Shown: piece after piece, positions 7,618 to 17,489 of the stretch | How positions within the stretch are numbered: the stretch's first letter is position 1 | Layout: each line of letters opens with the position of its first letter | The notes under the pieces: model-generated | The model's input: only the letters and a program-made list of their open reading frames with translations | What the model was told of the DNA's origin: nothing | Database searches by the model: none | Source: an uncultured bacterium | GTDB lineage: Bacteria; Eisenbacteria; RBG-16-71-46; CAZAMP01 | Direction: 5' to 3' | NCBI GenBank assembly: GCA_964486455.1 | Contig: CAZAMP010000018.1 | Span: 14,971-78,970, forward strand | Length of the DNA: 64,000 nt | Program-made: the position numbers and the translations under genes

Positions 7618-10326
7618 ATGCATAGGAGCAATCAAGTGCTATCGCGCACGATCATCATCAGTCTCAGCATCGCAGTCCTCGTCGCCGTCGCGGCGGGACC
7701 GGGCTTCGGGTTGACCGTTCGTTCGAGTCACCCGCGCATGTTCGTGTTGCCCGAAGACCTTCCGAAGGTCCGCGCGCGGTGCGCGATCCCCGACGGCAAC
7801 AACCAAGCGCAATACCCGAACGAGTGGAGCACGCATCTCGACCTCTACGAGCAGCTCACCGGGATGGTGGACGACTACCCATCGACGATTCCGGTCTGGG
7901 ACACGGCCGCCAACGGCACCAAGATGGCGAACCTTGCGACGATGTACCTTCTGAACTCGCATCGCTCTCAGGGAAACTCGTACCGCGAGAAGTTCATCGA
8001 GTGGTGGCGCGGAACGCTCGTCTACTCACGCGACCGGAATGGCGGCATCATCGGGCGCATCCTCTCCGGTAACGGGTGGGGCAAGGACGCGAACTGGTCG
8101 TACTGGACGTACGCGTACGACGCGGTCTACAACGCGCTCAGCTCCGACCATGCGCTTCGTGACAGCATCAGCACGCTCATCGGCCGGCAGGTCGAGGTAG
8201 CCTGGGACTCCCCCGACTACTACGAGGATCCGTTCTACAACGCGCCGTGGACCTCGGACGGGCTCCTCGGCGCCTGTCTCGCCGTCAAGGGCGACTATGG
8301 CGCGCGCGCGTGGAACCGCATCGAGCAGGAATTCGACGACTGGCTCGACCACGTCCATGAACGGAAGCTCGAGCAGAATCTGGCGCGGGTGTTGAACTAC
8401 CAGGGCCAGTATCCGATGTGCGGCGGCTACAAGAACCGGCGCATCAAGGAAGACGTGACGACCGCGCTCGCCTGGCGGACCGCCGTCACGGACGAGGACC
8501 CGTTCTTCGAGCACGCCGATCACTTCCGGCAGATCGATGATGCCTATCTCTGGCGGCTTCGCGCGAACTTCCGCGAGTCGGACTGCACCGGAGACGGCCG
8601 TCTCATCGGTCTGGTTGACGACACGCAGTGGCTCTACACGTATCCGTCCGCCTCGATCGACGAGAACGGCGAGGCGCTGTGGGTCCTCGACGAAACGGAA
8701 GAGCAGACCACCGCCGCCAGCGGAAACAAAGAGGTGTGGTTCCGCATCCTCTTCGACGACCGCTCGGTCCAGCGCGTGAACCCCGAGTCGTCGATGCAGA
8801 CGAACATCAAGCACTTCGGGGACCTGACCGTCGAGGACGGACGCACGTCGGAGTACACGTTCATTCGCAGCGACTGGAACTTCAACGTGAACGATCAGAA
8901 CTCCGTCTTCCTATCGTTCTTCTGCGGCCCGACGCTCGGCTGTCACGAGCACGGCGGGTCACAGGGACATCTCGCGATCTTTCGCGGCGATGACGTGATT
9001 TCGGCCCACGCGGGTCTCTACGATCGCCCCGAGAACCGTCACTCGAAGCGGTACGCCGCGCAGACCGTTTCGTACAACACGATCCTGGTCGCCGACCCCG
9101 ACAACCCGTACATCGCGGGCGAGACGGATTCGCTTCGCTACCTCATGCAGCTCGAGGGATGCCAGTTCGAGGCCGAGCGCGTGAACTGGGAGAGCTGCCA
9201 CCTGAACGCGCCGGACAAGCCGTTTCGGGAGGACTACATCCACGGAGGGGTCGACCGCCTGGAACAACTCGAGAACGGCGACACATATCTGCACGCCGAC
9301 TTCACGCGCGCCTACCCCAGCCCGCTCGCGCCCAACGACTGGCCGGACGGCGCGACGGTCGAGAACGCCACCCGTCAGGTGATGCTCGAGGCCGGGACGT
9401 TCGTCGTGGTGTGCGACCGCGTAACCTCCGTCAATCCGAACGCCGTCAAGCGTGTCCGGTGGCATTGCCCCAACCCGAACAGCTTCGTGCTGATCGACGG
9501 TTCCTGGACCGGGGGGACGCCGCCCTACACCGTGATCTACGGCGGAACGCCGGGGCAGTGGAGCACGGACGCCGTCCGGATTCGTTGGGACAGCTGGATC
9601 GACGATGTGGTAGGCGACTCCCGCATGTTCGGCACGATCCTCTACCCGGTCCCGGCCGCATCCGGCGGACCCGGACGAAAGCTCGTGCGCGTCGGCGGCT
9701 CGAATTCGTCCGGCGAGTGGAACATGGGCCGCACGTCGGGCGACAAGCCGTGCTGCGACGACCACAACGACGCGGACAACAGCTACGAGTTCTGGCTGCC
9801 CGAGGCGGAGTTCAATCAGAAGGCCCGCGCCCGAAACTGCTCGGGCGACTGCCAGACCGGCACGAGCGGCAACACCGAGCGATCGAACGGTTCCTACGGC
9901 TTCTGGGTCCTCGACACGGAAGCCACGGGCTGGAAGGACCACGTGTTCCTCCACGCTTTCGAAATCACGGCCAAGTCGCAGTCGCAGCCGACGATGATCG
10001 ACTACTTGGATGATGTCGACGCCGAGCACATCGGCTGTGAGATCCAGCTCGCCGGCACGAGCCGCATCAACGTCTTTAGCCGCGACGAAGAGCCGGACAT
10101 CCAGATCAGCTACCAGAGCTCGCTGCTCACACCGATCCAACACCTCATCGCGGACCTCGTGCCGGGACTGTATCTCGTCGAGGAACTGACGTCGGGGTTC
10201 ACGGCCCAGGTGACGGTGCGTGATCAATCGAACGTCGCGTCGTTCGAGACGCCGTCGGGCGGCACGTTCCGGGTAACGCGGATCGCGGGTGGGGGCGACG
10301 TAGCGCGCGTCGTTACCGCCGACTGA
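7618..10326 (+). CDS. Secreted heparinase II/III-like family protein (polysaccharide lyase or uronyl C5-epimerase candidate)
   Basis: N-terminal signal/TM, 902 aa. C-terminal region FFCGPTLGCHEHGGSQGHLAIFRGDDVISAHAGLYD matches the His-rich motif of the heparinase II/III C-terminal beta-sandwich domain. A possible GTG start at 7636 follows an AGGAG. Confidence 0.6.
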   Translation: MHRSNQVLSRTIIISLSIAVLVAVAAGPGFGLTVRSSHPRMFVLPEDLPKVRARCAIPDGNNQAQYPNEWSTHLDLYEQLTGMVDDYPSTIPVWDTAANGTKMANLATMYLLNSHRSQGNSYREKFIEWWRGTLVYSRDRNGGIIGRILSGNGWGKDANWSYWTYAYDAVYNALSSDHALRDSISTLIGRQVEVAWDSPDYYEDPFYNAPWTSDGLLGACLAVKGDYGARAWNRIEQEFDDWLDHVHERKLEQNLARVLNYQGQYPMCGGYKNRRIKEDVTTALAWRTAVTDEDPFFEHADHFRQIDDAYLWRLRANFRESDCTGDGRLIGLVDDTQWLYTYPSASIDENGEALWVLDETEEQTTAASGNKEVWFRILFDDRSVQRVNPESSMQTNIKHFGDLTVEDGRTSEYTFIRSDWNFNVNDQNSVFLSFFCGPTLGCHEHGGSQGHLAIFRGDDVISAHAGLYDRPENRHSKRYAAQTVSYNTILVADPDNPYIAGETDSLRYLMQLEGCQFEAERVNWESCHLNAPDKPFREDYIHGGVDRLEQLENGDTYLHADFTRAYPSPLAPNDWPDGATVENATRQVMLEAGTFVVVCDRVTSVNPNAVKRVRWHCPNPNSFVLIDGSWTGGTPPYTVIYGGTPGQWSTDAVRIRWDSWIDDVVGDSRMFGTILYPVPAASGGPGRKLVRVGGSNSSGEWNMGRTSGDKPCCDDHNDADNSYEFWLPEAEFNQKARARNCSGDCQTGTSGNTERSNGSYGFWVLDTEATGWKDHVFLHAFEITAKSQSQPTMIDYLDDVDAEHIGCEIQLAGTSRINVFSRDEEPDIQISYQSSLLTPIQHLIADLVPGLYLVEELTSGFTAQVTVRDQSNVASFETPSGGTFRVTRIAGGGDVARVVTAD

Positions 10327-10335
10327 GGCCGGATC

Positions 10336-11469
10336 ATGTCGGACGGTCCCCTCAAAATCCTCTTTCTGGCCGCGCCGTCGATGCCGCACGCGCGCCGCTG
10401 GATCGCGCAGCTCCAAGAGCGCGGCCATGAGGTGCGCGCGGCAACGCTGCACGAGATCCCGCCGGGGAACGCGGACCACACGATCGCGCTCAGAACACGC
10501 GGCGACGTGTCGCGTCCGACGGGCCCGAAAGACATCCTCGCGGCTATCCGTCCGCTCCGCCGGATGATCGCGTCGTTCGAGCCGGATCTCACGATCGCGT
10601 ACTACATGACCTCGTACGGCCTGCTGGCGGCACTCGTGAACGCGCCGTGCGTCATCGGCGCCACGGCGGGCGGCGACGTGCTCGTGGATCCGTATGACAG
10701 CCTCTTTCAGCGCATCCGCAACCGATTCATCCTCGCGATCAGCTTGGGTCACGCCAAAAAGGTCCTGGCCTGGGCGCCGCACGTGGCCGCGCGTCTACGG
10801 GAACTGGGTGTTCCGGAGGGGCGCATCTTCATCCAGCCGCGCGGCGTGGACCTCGAGAAATTCAAGCCCGCTAGCGGTCGGAGCAGTTCGCGGACCGTGA
10901 ACATCCTGTCGCTTCGGCAGTTCAAACCGCTCTATGAGATTCCGACGCTGGTGCGCGCGCTCGGCCGGCTGGACGACGACAACCTCACGTTTTCGGCCGC
11001 GTTGGTCGGTGATGGCCCGGAGCATCCTCGCATCGAGGAGATGGTCCGGGAGATGGGGCTCGACGACCGCGTGATCCTCCCGGGAACCGAGGACGAAAGC
11101 GGTGTCATCGAACGGCTCGGGAAAAGTGATATCTACGTATCCACGTCGTCGACCGACGGTGCGTCGGCGGCGCTTTTCGAGGCGATGGCGATGGGCGCGT
11201 ACCCGATCGTGACGGACATCGCCGCGAACCGAACGTGGATCACGCCGGGCACCAACGGCGATCTCTTCCCGGTCGGCGATGACGACGCGCTTGCCGGCGC
11301 GATCCGGAGCGCGATAGCAGACCCCGTCAGTCGCCGCCGGGCTACGGAGAACAACCTTGCGCTCGTCCGCGATAAGCTCGATTTTCGAAAAAACATGGTC
11401 CGGATCGAGACCGAGATGATGGCGACACTGCGATCGAGGAGAAACGGATGGGACTCGAAGGGCGTCTAG
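10336..11469 (+). CDS. GT4 glycosyltransferase
   Basis: KILFLAAPSMPHARRWIAQLQERGHEV N-terminal and STSSTDGASAALFEAMAMGAYPIVTD C-terminal motifs are typical of GT4. Confidence 0.75.
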   Translation: MSDGPLKILFLAAPSMPHARRWIAQLQERGHEVRAATLHEIPPGNADHTIALRTRGDVSRPTGPKDILAAIRPLRRMIASFEPDLTIAYYMTSYGLLAALVNAPCVIGATAGGDVLVDPYDSLFQRIRNRFILAISLGHAKKVLAWAPHVAARLRELGVPEGRIFIQPRGVDLEKFKPASGRSSSRTVNILSLRQFKPLYEIPTLVRALGRLDDDNLTFSAALVGDGPEHPRIEEMVREMGLDDRVILPGTEDESGVIERLGKSDIYVSTSSTDGASAALFEAMAMGAYPIVTDIAANRTWITPGTNGDLFPVGDDDALAGAIRSAIADPVSRRRATENNLALVRDKLDFRKNMVRIETEMMATLRSRRNGWDSKGV

Positions 11470-12971
11470 TAGATAGACGCGACGCGCTGGAAACGGAACC
11501 GTTTGCGAAAGCATGGAACGAAATGCCGACGCGGCGTGGGATTCAGGCTGACGTCTTCGACAGCCACGCGTGGGTGAGCGCTTGGTGCGACGCGGCGTCG
11601 CCGGAGCAGCGGGACACGCTTCGCATTCCGGCCGTGATGGATGGCGATCGTCCGGTCGCCGTACTGCCGCTCGTCGCCAAGTCGGCCCGCCGCTGGGACT
11701 GGTTGGGACTGGGTAGCCGTCTCCGGTATCGACCCGTTATCGGAACCGAGGCGCCGGACGATTCGATCCTCGACGCGCTCGCCGAGGCGGTGGCCTGCGC
11801 GGGCGCGCGCGAGCTTTCACTCTTGAACCTACCGTCCCGCGACCCGGTCGTGCGGTCGTTCGCGGGCGCGCTCGGACGCGCGGGCTACTTCGTGGCGCTC
11901 CGTGAGGGCTCGAGCGAGTGCCTCGCGACCGTCGACGACGGCTGGGCCGCGCACAAGAAGCGCTTCAAGCGATACGACCGGACCGTCAAGAGCAAGTCGA
12001 ACAAGCTCAAGGGGCTCGGTGAGCTGACCGTCACGATGTACGGCTCCGGCGGCGAACCCATCGCGGACGGCTTTGCGCACTACGCGGATCTTCATGCAAA
12101 GAGCTGGAAGGGAGAGATGAGTCCCTCCACCCGGTCACTCCGCCAGTCGCTGCTCACGCGCACGGCGGAGCTGGGATGGTCGCGCGTCTTCATCCTGGAC
12201 ATCGCCGGCGTTGCCGCCGCCGCTCACGTCTGGTTCCGCGTCGGTGACGTGGCCACGTGGCTCTCGACCGCGTACGACCAACGCCTCGCGGTGACCAGCC
12301 CGGGCACCATCCTCATGTGGCGCGCTCAGGAGCGGATTTTCGACGAGTCGACGCCGAGAATCGTCGATTTCCTGCCCGGTCGAAACCCGCAGAAGGACCA
12401 GCTTGGTCCGGACCGCGAACCGCTCTTGTCGTTGGAGGCGGCGAAGAAGAGCCTCGTGACCGGGATCACGTTCCCGCTCAAGCGCCAGCTCCGACGGGCC
12501 GCGCGCCGCGCGCGCCGCTATCTGCCCAACGGCAAGAAGAACGCGTCGGATGGCCCGGCCACAACGCCGGCGCGGCCGACACGCTCGCTCACGACTGGCC
12601 CGGGCGGTGACCCGATTCCCGCTTCACCCTTGAAGCTGGACGCCGTGACGAAGCGCTATCTCGCCGTCGCCGGAGGATTCCGCGGCACCGACGACATGGC
12701 CGAACACTGGGAAGAGGGCGACTCGTGGTGGCGGATCGGCGAGACACCGACCGCGCTCATTCGCCTCGGCGGTGAGGACGCGACCCCACGCGTGGTCAGG
12801 GAGATCGTTCTCCTGGACGACAACGCGAAAGATCGGGTCGACACGATCATCGGATCGCTGGCGTCCGAGACGGGCGGGGAGCTCACGGCGGATCTGCCGG
12901 CAATGAACGGCGAAGGAACGCCCGGCGAGCCGATCAAGGTGTACCAATCGGTCTTGCCCTGGCCGGGCTAG
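11448..12971 (+). CDS. CelD/FemAB-like transferase with a conserved approximately 110-aa C-terminal extension (paralog A)
   Basis: N-terminal DSHAWVSAWCDAASP CelD-type region, then a basic linker KRQLRRAARRARR, then a C-terminal module (EEGDSWWRIGE...VVREIVLL...VLPWPG) shared with the ORF at 15931. Confidence 0.7.
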   Translation: MGLEGRLVDRRDALETEPFAKAWNEMPTRRGIQADVFDSHAWVSAWCDAASPEQRDTLRIPAVMDGDRPVAVLPLVAKSARRWDWLGLGSRLRYRPVIGTEAPDDSILDALAEAVACAGARELSLLNLPSRDPVVRSFAGALGRAGYFVALREGSSECLATVDDGWAAHKKRFKRYDRTVKSKSNKLKGLGELTVTMYGSGGEPIADGFAHYADLHAKSWKGEMSPSTRSLRQSLLTRTAELGWSRVFILDIAGVAAAAHVWFRVGDVATWLSTAYDQRLAVTSPGTILMWRAQERIFDESTPRIVDFLPGRNPQKDQLGPDREPLLSLEAAKKSLVTGITFPLKRQLRRAARRARRYLPNGKKNASDGPATTPARPTRSLTTGPGGDPIPASPLKLDAVTKRYLAVAGGFRGTDDMAEHWEEGDSWWRIGETPTALIRLGGEDATPRVVREIVLLDDNAKDRVDTIIGSLASETGGELTADLPAMNGEGTPGEPIKVYQSVLPWPG

Positions 12972-13220
12972 TGCTGCCGGGGTAGCGCGATCCCGCGGCA
13001 GTACGGGCCTGGGCCACGCGGCTACGTTCTCCGCTTTTCGCCGGACCCGAAAATCCACCGAAAATTGTACCCAGGTACAAACTTAACTCACATTTTAACA
13101 ACAAGTTAAGGGATGGGCGTCGACAGGGGTGTCGGCTTTTTGACACTGCACAAAGCGCCTTGGAGCGACGGCAGGTGCCGCTCTGTCGGGTATCGCCCTA
13201 TCGAGGTCGGCGCCTGTGGA

Positions 13221-14216
13221 TTATTGCTCGCCGCGCTCGGCGTACTGAAGGGTGGTAACGGGAAGCTGGTCGCGGATCTCTCTCGCGAGAAGCTCCGTGA
13301 ACAGCGTCGAGCCGCGGCTGTTCAGATGGCTTCGATCGCGGAAGAACTCCGGATCCTGAAATGACGGATGGGCGGTCCCGTCGACCGCGAGGTACGGGAC
13401 ACATTCTTCGCGGGCCAGCGCGGTGTAGGCGGTTCGGGCCGGTCCGGCGTCGTGCTCCTCCGGATCATCCGCCCCCCGGTCACGGTGCTCGAAGCGCGGG
13501 CTCGTCACCAGCACCACCTGAACGCCGTGCTCCCGCGCCGTGGCGATGAAGTCGCGATACGTCTCGATGAGCTCGGGCCGAATCTCGGGCGGCGTCTCCC
13601 CCGCGTTCCTCCGGGCCTGCTCCTCGAGCTCATGCGCTTGCATCGTCCCGTCGAGCGGCACGAAGCCATCGTATCCCTTCTCGTTCGGGAACGAGAGATT
13701 GCGAACGATCGGCCCGATCAACGAATTGTAGCGGTAGATCCATGACTGAAGCTTGAAACCCGCAAACCGCCCGGCACCCTCAAGGATCTCATCGACGTCC
13801 GGGTTTCGGCCGTAGTAGGGCGCGAACATCGAGGCGCGCGTGGCGTCCTGCCGGTAGAGATCGCGCGGTTCCGTGTGGAGGATGAAGAGCTTCGCCGAGT
13901 TTTCACGGTCGAGCAGCAGAGACTGAAGCATGCGTCCGTAGAGGATCCCCTGCCCGTCACACCCCGCGTTGTATGCCGTGTATCCCAGCTCCCGCGTGAG
14001 CACGCGCGGATCGATGTGGTGGACCGCTCTCGAGCTTCCGAAGATGAAGATCTCGGCATCGCTCTGATCACACGCACGGTTGATGAGACCGACCGTCTCT
14101 CCGGTCTTGACCTTAGTGAGCGCGGACCGGAGGAGCAGCCCGACCGCCCGATCGATGATCACGAGACCGGCTATGAAGATCAGACTGCTGATGATTGCCC
14201 TGCGCCACATGTTCAT
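13221..14216 (-). CDS. Membrane-anchored SGNH/DltD-AlgX-like protein, probable periplasmic partner of the MBOAT O-acyltransferase
   Basis: N-terminal TM anchor, IFIFGSSRA motif (DltD-like GSS), located immediately downstream of the MBOAT gene on the same strand. Confidence 0.5.
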   Translation of the reverse strand: MNMWRRAIISSLIFIAGLVIIDRAVGLLLRSALTKVKTGETVGLINRACDQSDAEIFIFGSSRAVHHIDPRVLTRELGYTAYNAGCDGQGILYGRMLQSLLLDRENSAKLFILHTEPRDLYRQDATRASMFAPYYGRNPDVDEILEGAGRFAGFKLQSWIYRYNSLIGPIVRNLSFPNEKGYDGFVPLDGTMQAHELEEQARRNAGETPPEIRPELIETYRDFIATAREHGVQVVLVTSPRFEHRDRGADDPEEHDAGPARTAYTALAREECVPYLAVDGTAHPSFQDPEFFRDRSHLNSRGSTLFTELLAREIRDQLPVTTLQYAERGEQ

Positions 14217-14252
14217 CGTGCTCCTAAACGATCTCCGGAAGTCATACCGCCC

Positions 14253-15677
14253 CTAGAACTGGAAGTAGATGAACTGGCTTCCCCCGTCCACCGCGAGGAG
14301 GCCAATACCGACGATCAGACCATACCAGCACGCCCACCGAAGCCCTATCGGATAGCGCGCGATCGTCTCGCGCACGCTTCCCACCCGCTCCTGCATGACG
14401 TGCACGGCGAGGAGGATCGCGACGCCAAGCGTACCGTAGGTGAGCGTCATCGGATCAATGAACGGTTTGCCCGTCTCGGTCAGGATGCTCGCAATGATCG
14501 TCGTCGCGTCCGAGAGCGATCCCGCCCTGAAGAATATCCAGCTGAGGCACACCAGATGGAACGTTCCGACGATGCGGATCCCGTCCCACAGCCAGTTCAG
14601 CGATTTCGTCCGGTCGTAAAGACGCTGGATCATGGGATCGGTCATCCGCGAGATCGACAGCATCACGCCCTGGAGCCCGCCCCAGATCACGAAGTTCCAG
14701 CTCGCGCCGTGCCAGAGCCCGCCGAGAAGCATCGTGATCATCAGGTTCACGTAGGTGCGGTTCACGCCGTAGCGGTTGCCGCCCAGCGGAATGTAGAGAT
14801 AGTCCCGAAGCCACGACGAAAGCGAGATGTGCCACCGCCTCCAGAAATCCGTGATGCTCGTCGCGAAGTAAGGGCGGCGGAAGTTCAACATGATGTCGTA
14901 ACCGAGCACGCGCGCCGATCCGATGGCGATGTCGGAATAGCCCGAGAAGTCGCAGTAGATCTGAAACGCGAAGAGGTACGTCGCCAGCAAGAACGACGGC
15001 CCCTCGTGCGCGGGTACGTTGTTGTAGATCGAGTCCACGTAGAGTGCCAGCCGGTCGGCGATGACGACCTTCTTGAACAGCCCCCAGAGGACGAGCTGGA
15101 GTCCGCTCGTCACGCGGTGCCAGTCGATCCGTTTGACCCGATCGATCTGAGGCAGGAGGTTTTTCGCCCGCTCGATGGGCCCAGCGACGAGCTGCGGGAA
15201 GAATGCCACGTAGAGCGCGAAGCGCCCGAAGTGCCGCTCGGGCTCGATCTTCTTGCGATAGAGATCGATCGTGTAGCTCAGGGTCTGGAACGTGTAGAAG
15301 GAAATGCCGACCGGGAGCAGCACGTGGAGCGGTGGGACACTCCAGTTGAGCCCGATCGACGTGCAGAACTGCATCGCGCTCTCGTTGAAGAAATTCCAGT
15401 ACTTGAACGCGAAGAGCAGCCCGAGGTTCGTCGTGAGGCTGGCCAGAAGAAGCAAGCGCCGCCCCCGCGGTGATGGCTCTCTCGCCATCCCGAGACCGGC
15501 GAAGTAGTCGACGACGGTCGATAGAATGATCAGCCCGATATACGCCGCGTTCCAGCTCATGTAGAAGAAGTAGCTGGCCACGAGCAGCATGACCCAACGG
15601 AAGCGATGCGGCAGGAGGAAGTGCAACGCGACCACGGTCGGGAAGAAGAGCAGATACTCTATCGAGTTGAATAGCAT
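14253..15677 (-). CDS. MBOAT family O-acyltransferase (AlgI/DltB-like)
   Basis: Start trimmed to MLFNSIEYLLFF, the canonical MBOAT N-terminus. The conserved His region WHISLSSWLRDYLYIPLGGNR is present. The 30 codons upstream in the called ORF are unlikely to be coding. Confidence 0.8.
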   Translation of the reverse strand: MLFNSIEYLLFFPTVVALHFLLPHRFRWVMLLVASYFFYMSWNAAYIGLIILSTVVDYFAGLGMAREPSPRGRRLLLLASLTTNLGLLFAFKYWNFFNESAMQFCTSIGLNWSVPPLHVLLPVGISFYTFQTLSYTIDLYRKKIEPERHFGRFALYVAFFPQLVAGPIERAKNLLPQIDRVKRIDWHRVTSGLQLVLWGLFKKVVIADRLALYVDSIYNNVPAHEGPSFLLATYLFAFQIYCDFSGYSDIAIGSARVLGYDIMLNFRRPYFATSITDFWRRWHISLSSWLRDYLYIPLGGNRYGVNRTYVNLMITMLLGGLWHGASWNFVIWGGLQGVMLSISRMTDPMIQRLYDRTKSLNWLWDGIRIVGTFHLVCLSWIFFRAGSLSDATTIIASILTETGKPFIDPMTLTYGTLGVAILLAVHVMQERVGSVRETIARYPIGLRWACWYGLIVGIGLLAVDGGSQFIYFQF

Positions 15678-15930
15678 GCGATTCCTCGGTGATGGCCCTG
15701 CTGGAACAGTAGGCCGTCGCGCCGATCTCCGTCCGCGGTCGTAACGATCATGGACCCCGTGACACACATAATGATAGATCTAACTATCGACCTAAAAGCG
15801 TGCGAAGATTAGCCCAAGCATCCGAGAGATCCAAGCGGGGCTGGCGACCAATGGCATCCCCGTGATATTCAGATGGGCAACTCTACATACGATAACCGGG
15901 AAGCGACCGAGCCAGGAGTAGCGTGAGCGA

Positions 15931-17469
15931 ATGGGACTTCAGGCACGAACGTTCGACAACCTGGATGCGCTCGAGCCGATGGCCGACGCGTGGAACGCGC
16001 TTCCGCCGGCCCGCGGCCTCCATGCGGACATCTTCGACAGCCATGCCTGGTTCTCGACGTGGATGGAAGCCCACGGCCCGAAGCCGGGCTCGGTGCTTTC
16101 GATCCCCGCCGTGATCGAGGGGGACGCCCCGCGGGCACTCTTGCCCCTTCTCCGTCATCCGTCGGGCCGATTCGAGGGGGCCGGCGTGGGGGTGCGGCCG
16201 AGATACCGCCCCATCATCGGAACGGAGGAGCCCGATCCGGAAGCGTTTGGTCTCCTGACCGACGAGGTCGCCCGCGCGGGCGCAAAGGATCTCACGATCC
16301 TGAATCTCCCGTCACGGGACCCCGCCACCGAGGCGCTCCGGAGCGCGCTCGAGAAGTCCGGCTACCGCGTCCTCATCCGCGAGGGCAAGGAAGAGTGCAT
16401 CGCGAGCGTGGCCGACAGCTGGGACCTACACCGAAAGCCGCTCAAGAGTGTCGAGAAGAACGTCAAGCGATCGGTCAACCGCGCCAAGCGGCTGGGCGAG
16501 CTCGAGCTGGAGACGTTCGTCCCCGGTGGACGTCCGGCGCGGGATGCGCTTCAGACCTACGTGGACCTTCATCCCCATAGCTGGAAAGGCGCGGCCCCCG
16601 AGTCCACGGTAATCCGCTGGCAGGGCCTCATGGACCGAACCCAGCCGCTCGACTGGCCGCACGCGTACGTGCTCAAGATCTCCGGCATTCCGGCGGCGGC
16701 CATCACGTTCTTCTGCGTCGGCCCCGTCGCGATCGGCTATCGGAACGTCTACGACCAGCGAATGGCCGCGATCAGTCCCGGATCGATCCTCATGTGGTGG
16801 GCCCACGAGGACCTCATCAAACGGGTGCCGCTCAAGACGATCGACTACTTACCCGGGCGCGGCGCGCAGAAAGACCACTTCACCCAGATGTGCCCGAGAC
16901 TCTTGCTTCTGGAAGCCGTGAAGAAGACCGTTCTCTCCCCGCTCCTCTTTCCACTTCGGCGACAGCTTCGTCGGCTGCAACGTGCGAGAAGGGCCCGGCA
17001 GACGGACCAGCGCTGGCAGAAACCCGAGGAGACGGCTTCCGCCGAGACGCACACTCGGACGGTCACGGCGGAAGGGAAAGCCGCCGGTTACTCTATCTCG
17101 CCCCTCGAGATCGACAAGACGATCGAGCTGTACCTCTCGGTGTCGGGCCGCCACCGCGGCCTCAAGCAGATGACCGACCTCTGGTCGGAAGGAGACAGCT
17201 GGTGGCAGATCGGTGACGATCAAAGCGGAGAGTTGCCGATCGCTCTCGTCCGGCTGGGGTCTGATGCCGAGACGCCAAGACTGGTCCGGGAGATCATCCT
17301 CGTCGCCGGCGAAGCGGAGACAATCGACGGGGTGATCGAATCTCTCGCCACGGGCGTCGGCTCACCGGTCACGGCCGTGTTGCCCGACGAGCAGGGCGAG
17401 GCGGGGATACCGATTCCGGTGCACGAGGCGATCTTGCCCTGGCCCGAGCAATCCAAGTCACCCGCGTGA
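15931..17469 (+). CDS. CelD/FemAB-like transferase with a conserved C-terminal extension (paralog B)
   Basis: Collinear with 11448..12971 (DSHAWFSTWMEAHGP...; C-terminus SEGDSWWQIGD...LVREIILV...ILPWPE). Confidence 0.7.
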   Translation: MGLQARTFDNLDALEPMADAWNALPPARGLHADIFDSHAWFSTWMEAHGPKPGSVLSIPAVIEGDAPRALLPLLRHPSGRFEGAGVGVRPRYRPIIGTEEPDPEAFGLLTDEVARAGAKDLTILNLPSRDPATEALRSALEKSGYRVLIREGKEECIASVADSWDLHRKPLKSVEKNVKRSVNRAKRLGELELETFVPGGRPARDALQTYVDLHPHSWKGAAPESTVIRWQGLMDRTQPLDWPHAYVLKISGIPAAAITFFCVGPVAIGYRNVYDQRMAAISPGSILMWWAHEDLIKRVPLKTIDYLPGRGAQKDHFTQMCPRLLLLEAVKKTVLSPLLFPLRRQLRRLQRARRARQTDQRWQKPEETASAETHTRTVTAEGKAAGYSISPLEIDKTIELYLSVSGRHRGLKQMTDLWSEGDSWWQIGDDQSGELPIALVRLGSDAETPRLVREIILVAGEAETIDGVIESLATGVGSPVTAVLPDEQGEAGIPIPVHEAILPWPEQSKSPA

Positions 17470-17489
17470 GAAGCCACTTCTAGAACGCG

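Noticed and set aside
8959-10782. 607-aa minus-strand ORF
   Set aside because: It lies antisense across the heparinase II/III-like gene. Its composition (Arg/Ala/Asp/Val-rich, no motifs, no RBS) is typical of GC-rich shadow frames.
12975-13220. AT-richer convergent intergenic region with CTTAAC...GTTAAG inverted repeat; considered as a tRNA or small RNA locus
   Set aside because: No tRNA-like conserved elements (no GTTCGAAT-type T-loop, no acceptor stem pairing) were recognisable. Likely just a bidirectional termination region.
13875-15473. 532-aa plus-strand ORF
   Set aside because: Antisense to the MBOAT and SGNH genes, which have clear family motifs. It is a highly charged low-complexity translation (RR/EE/DD-rich).
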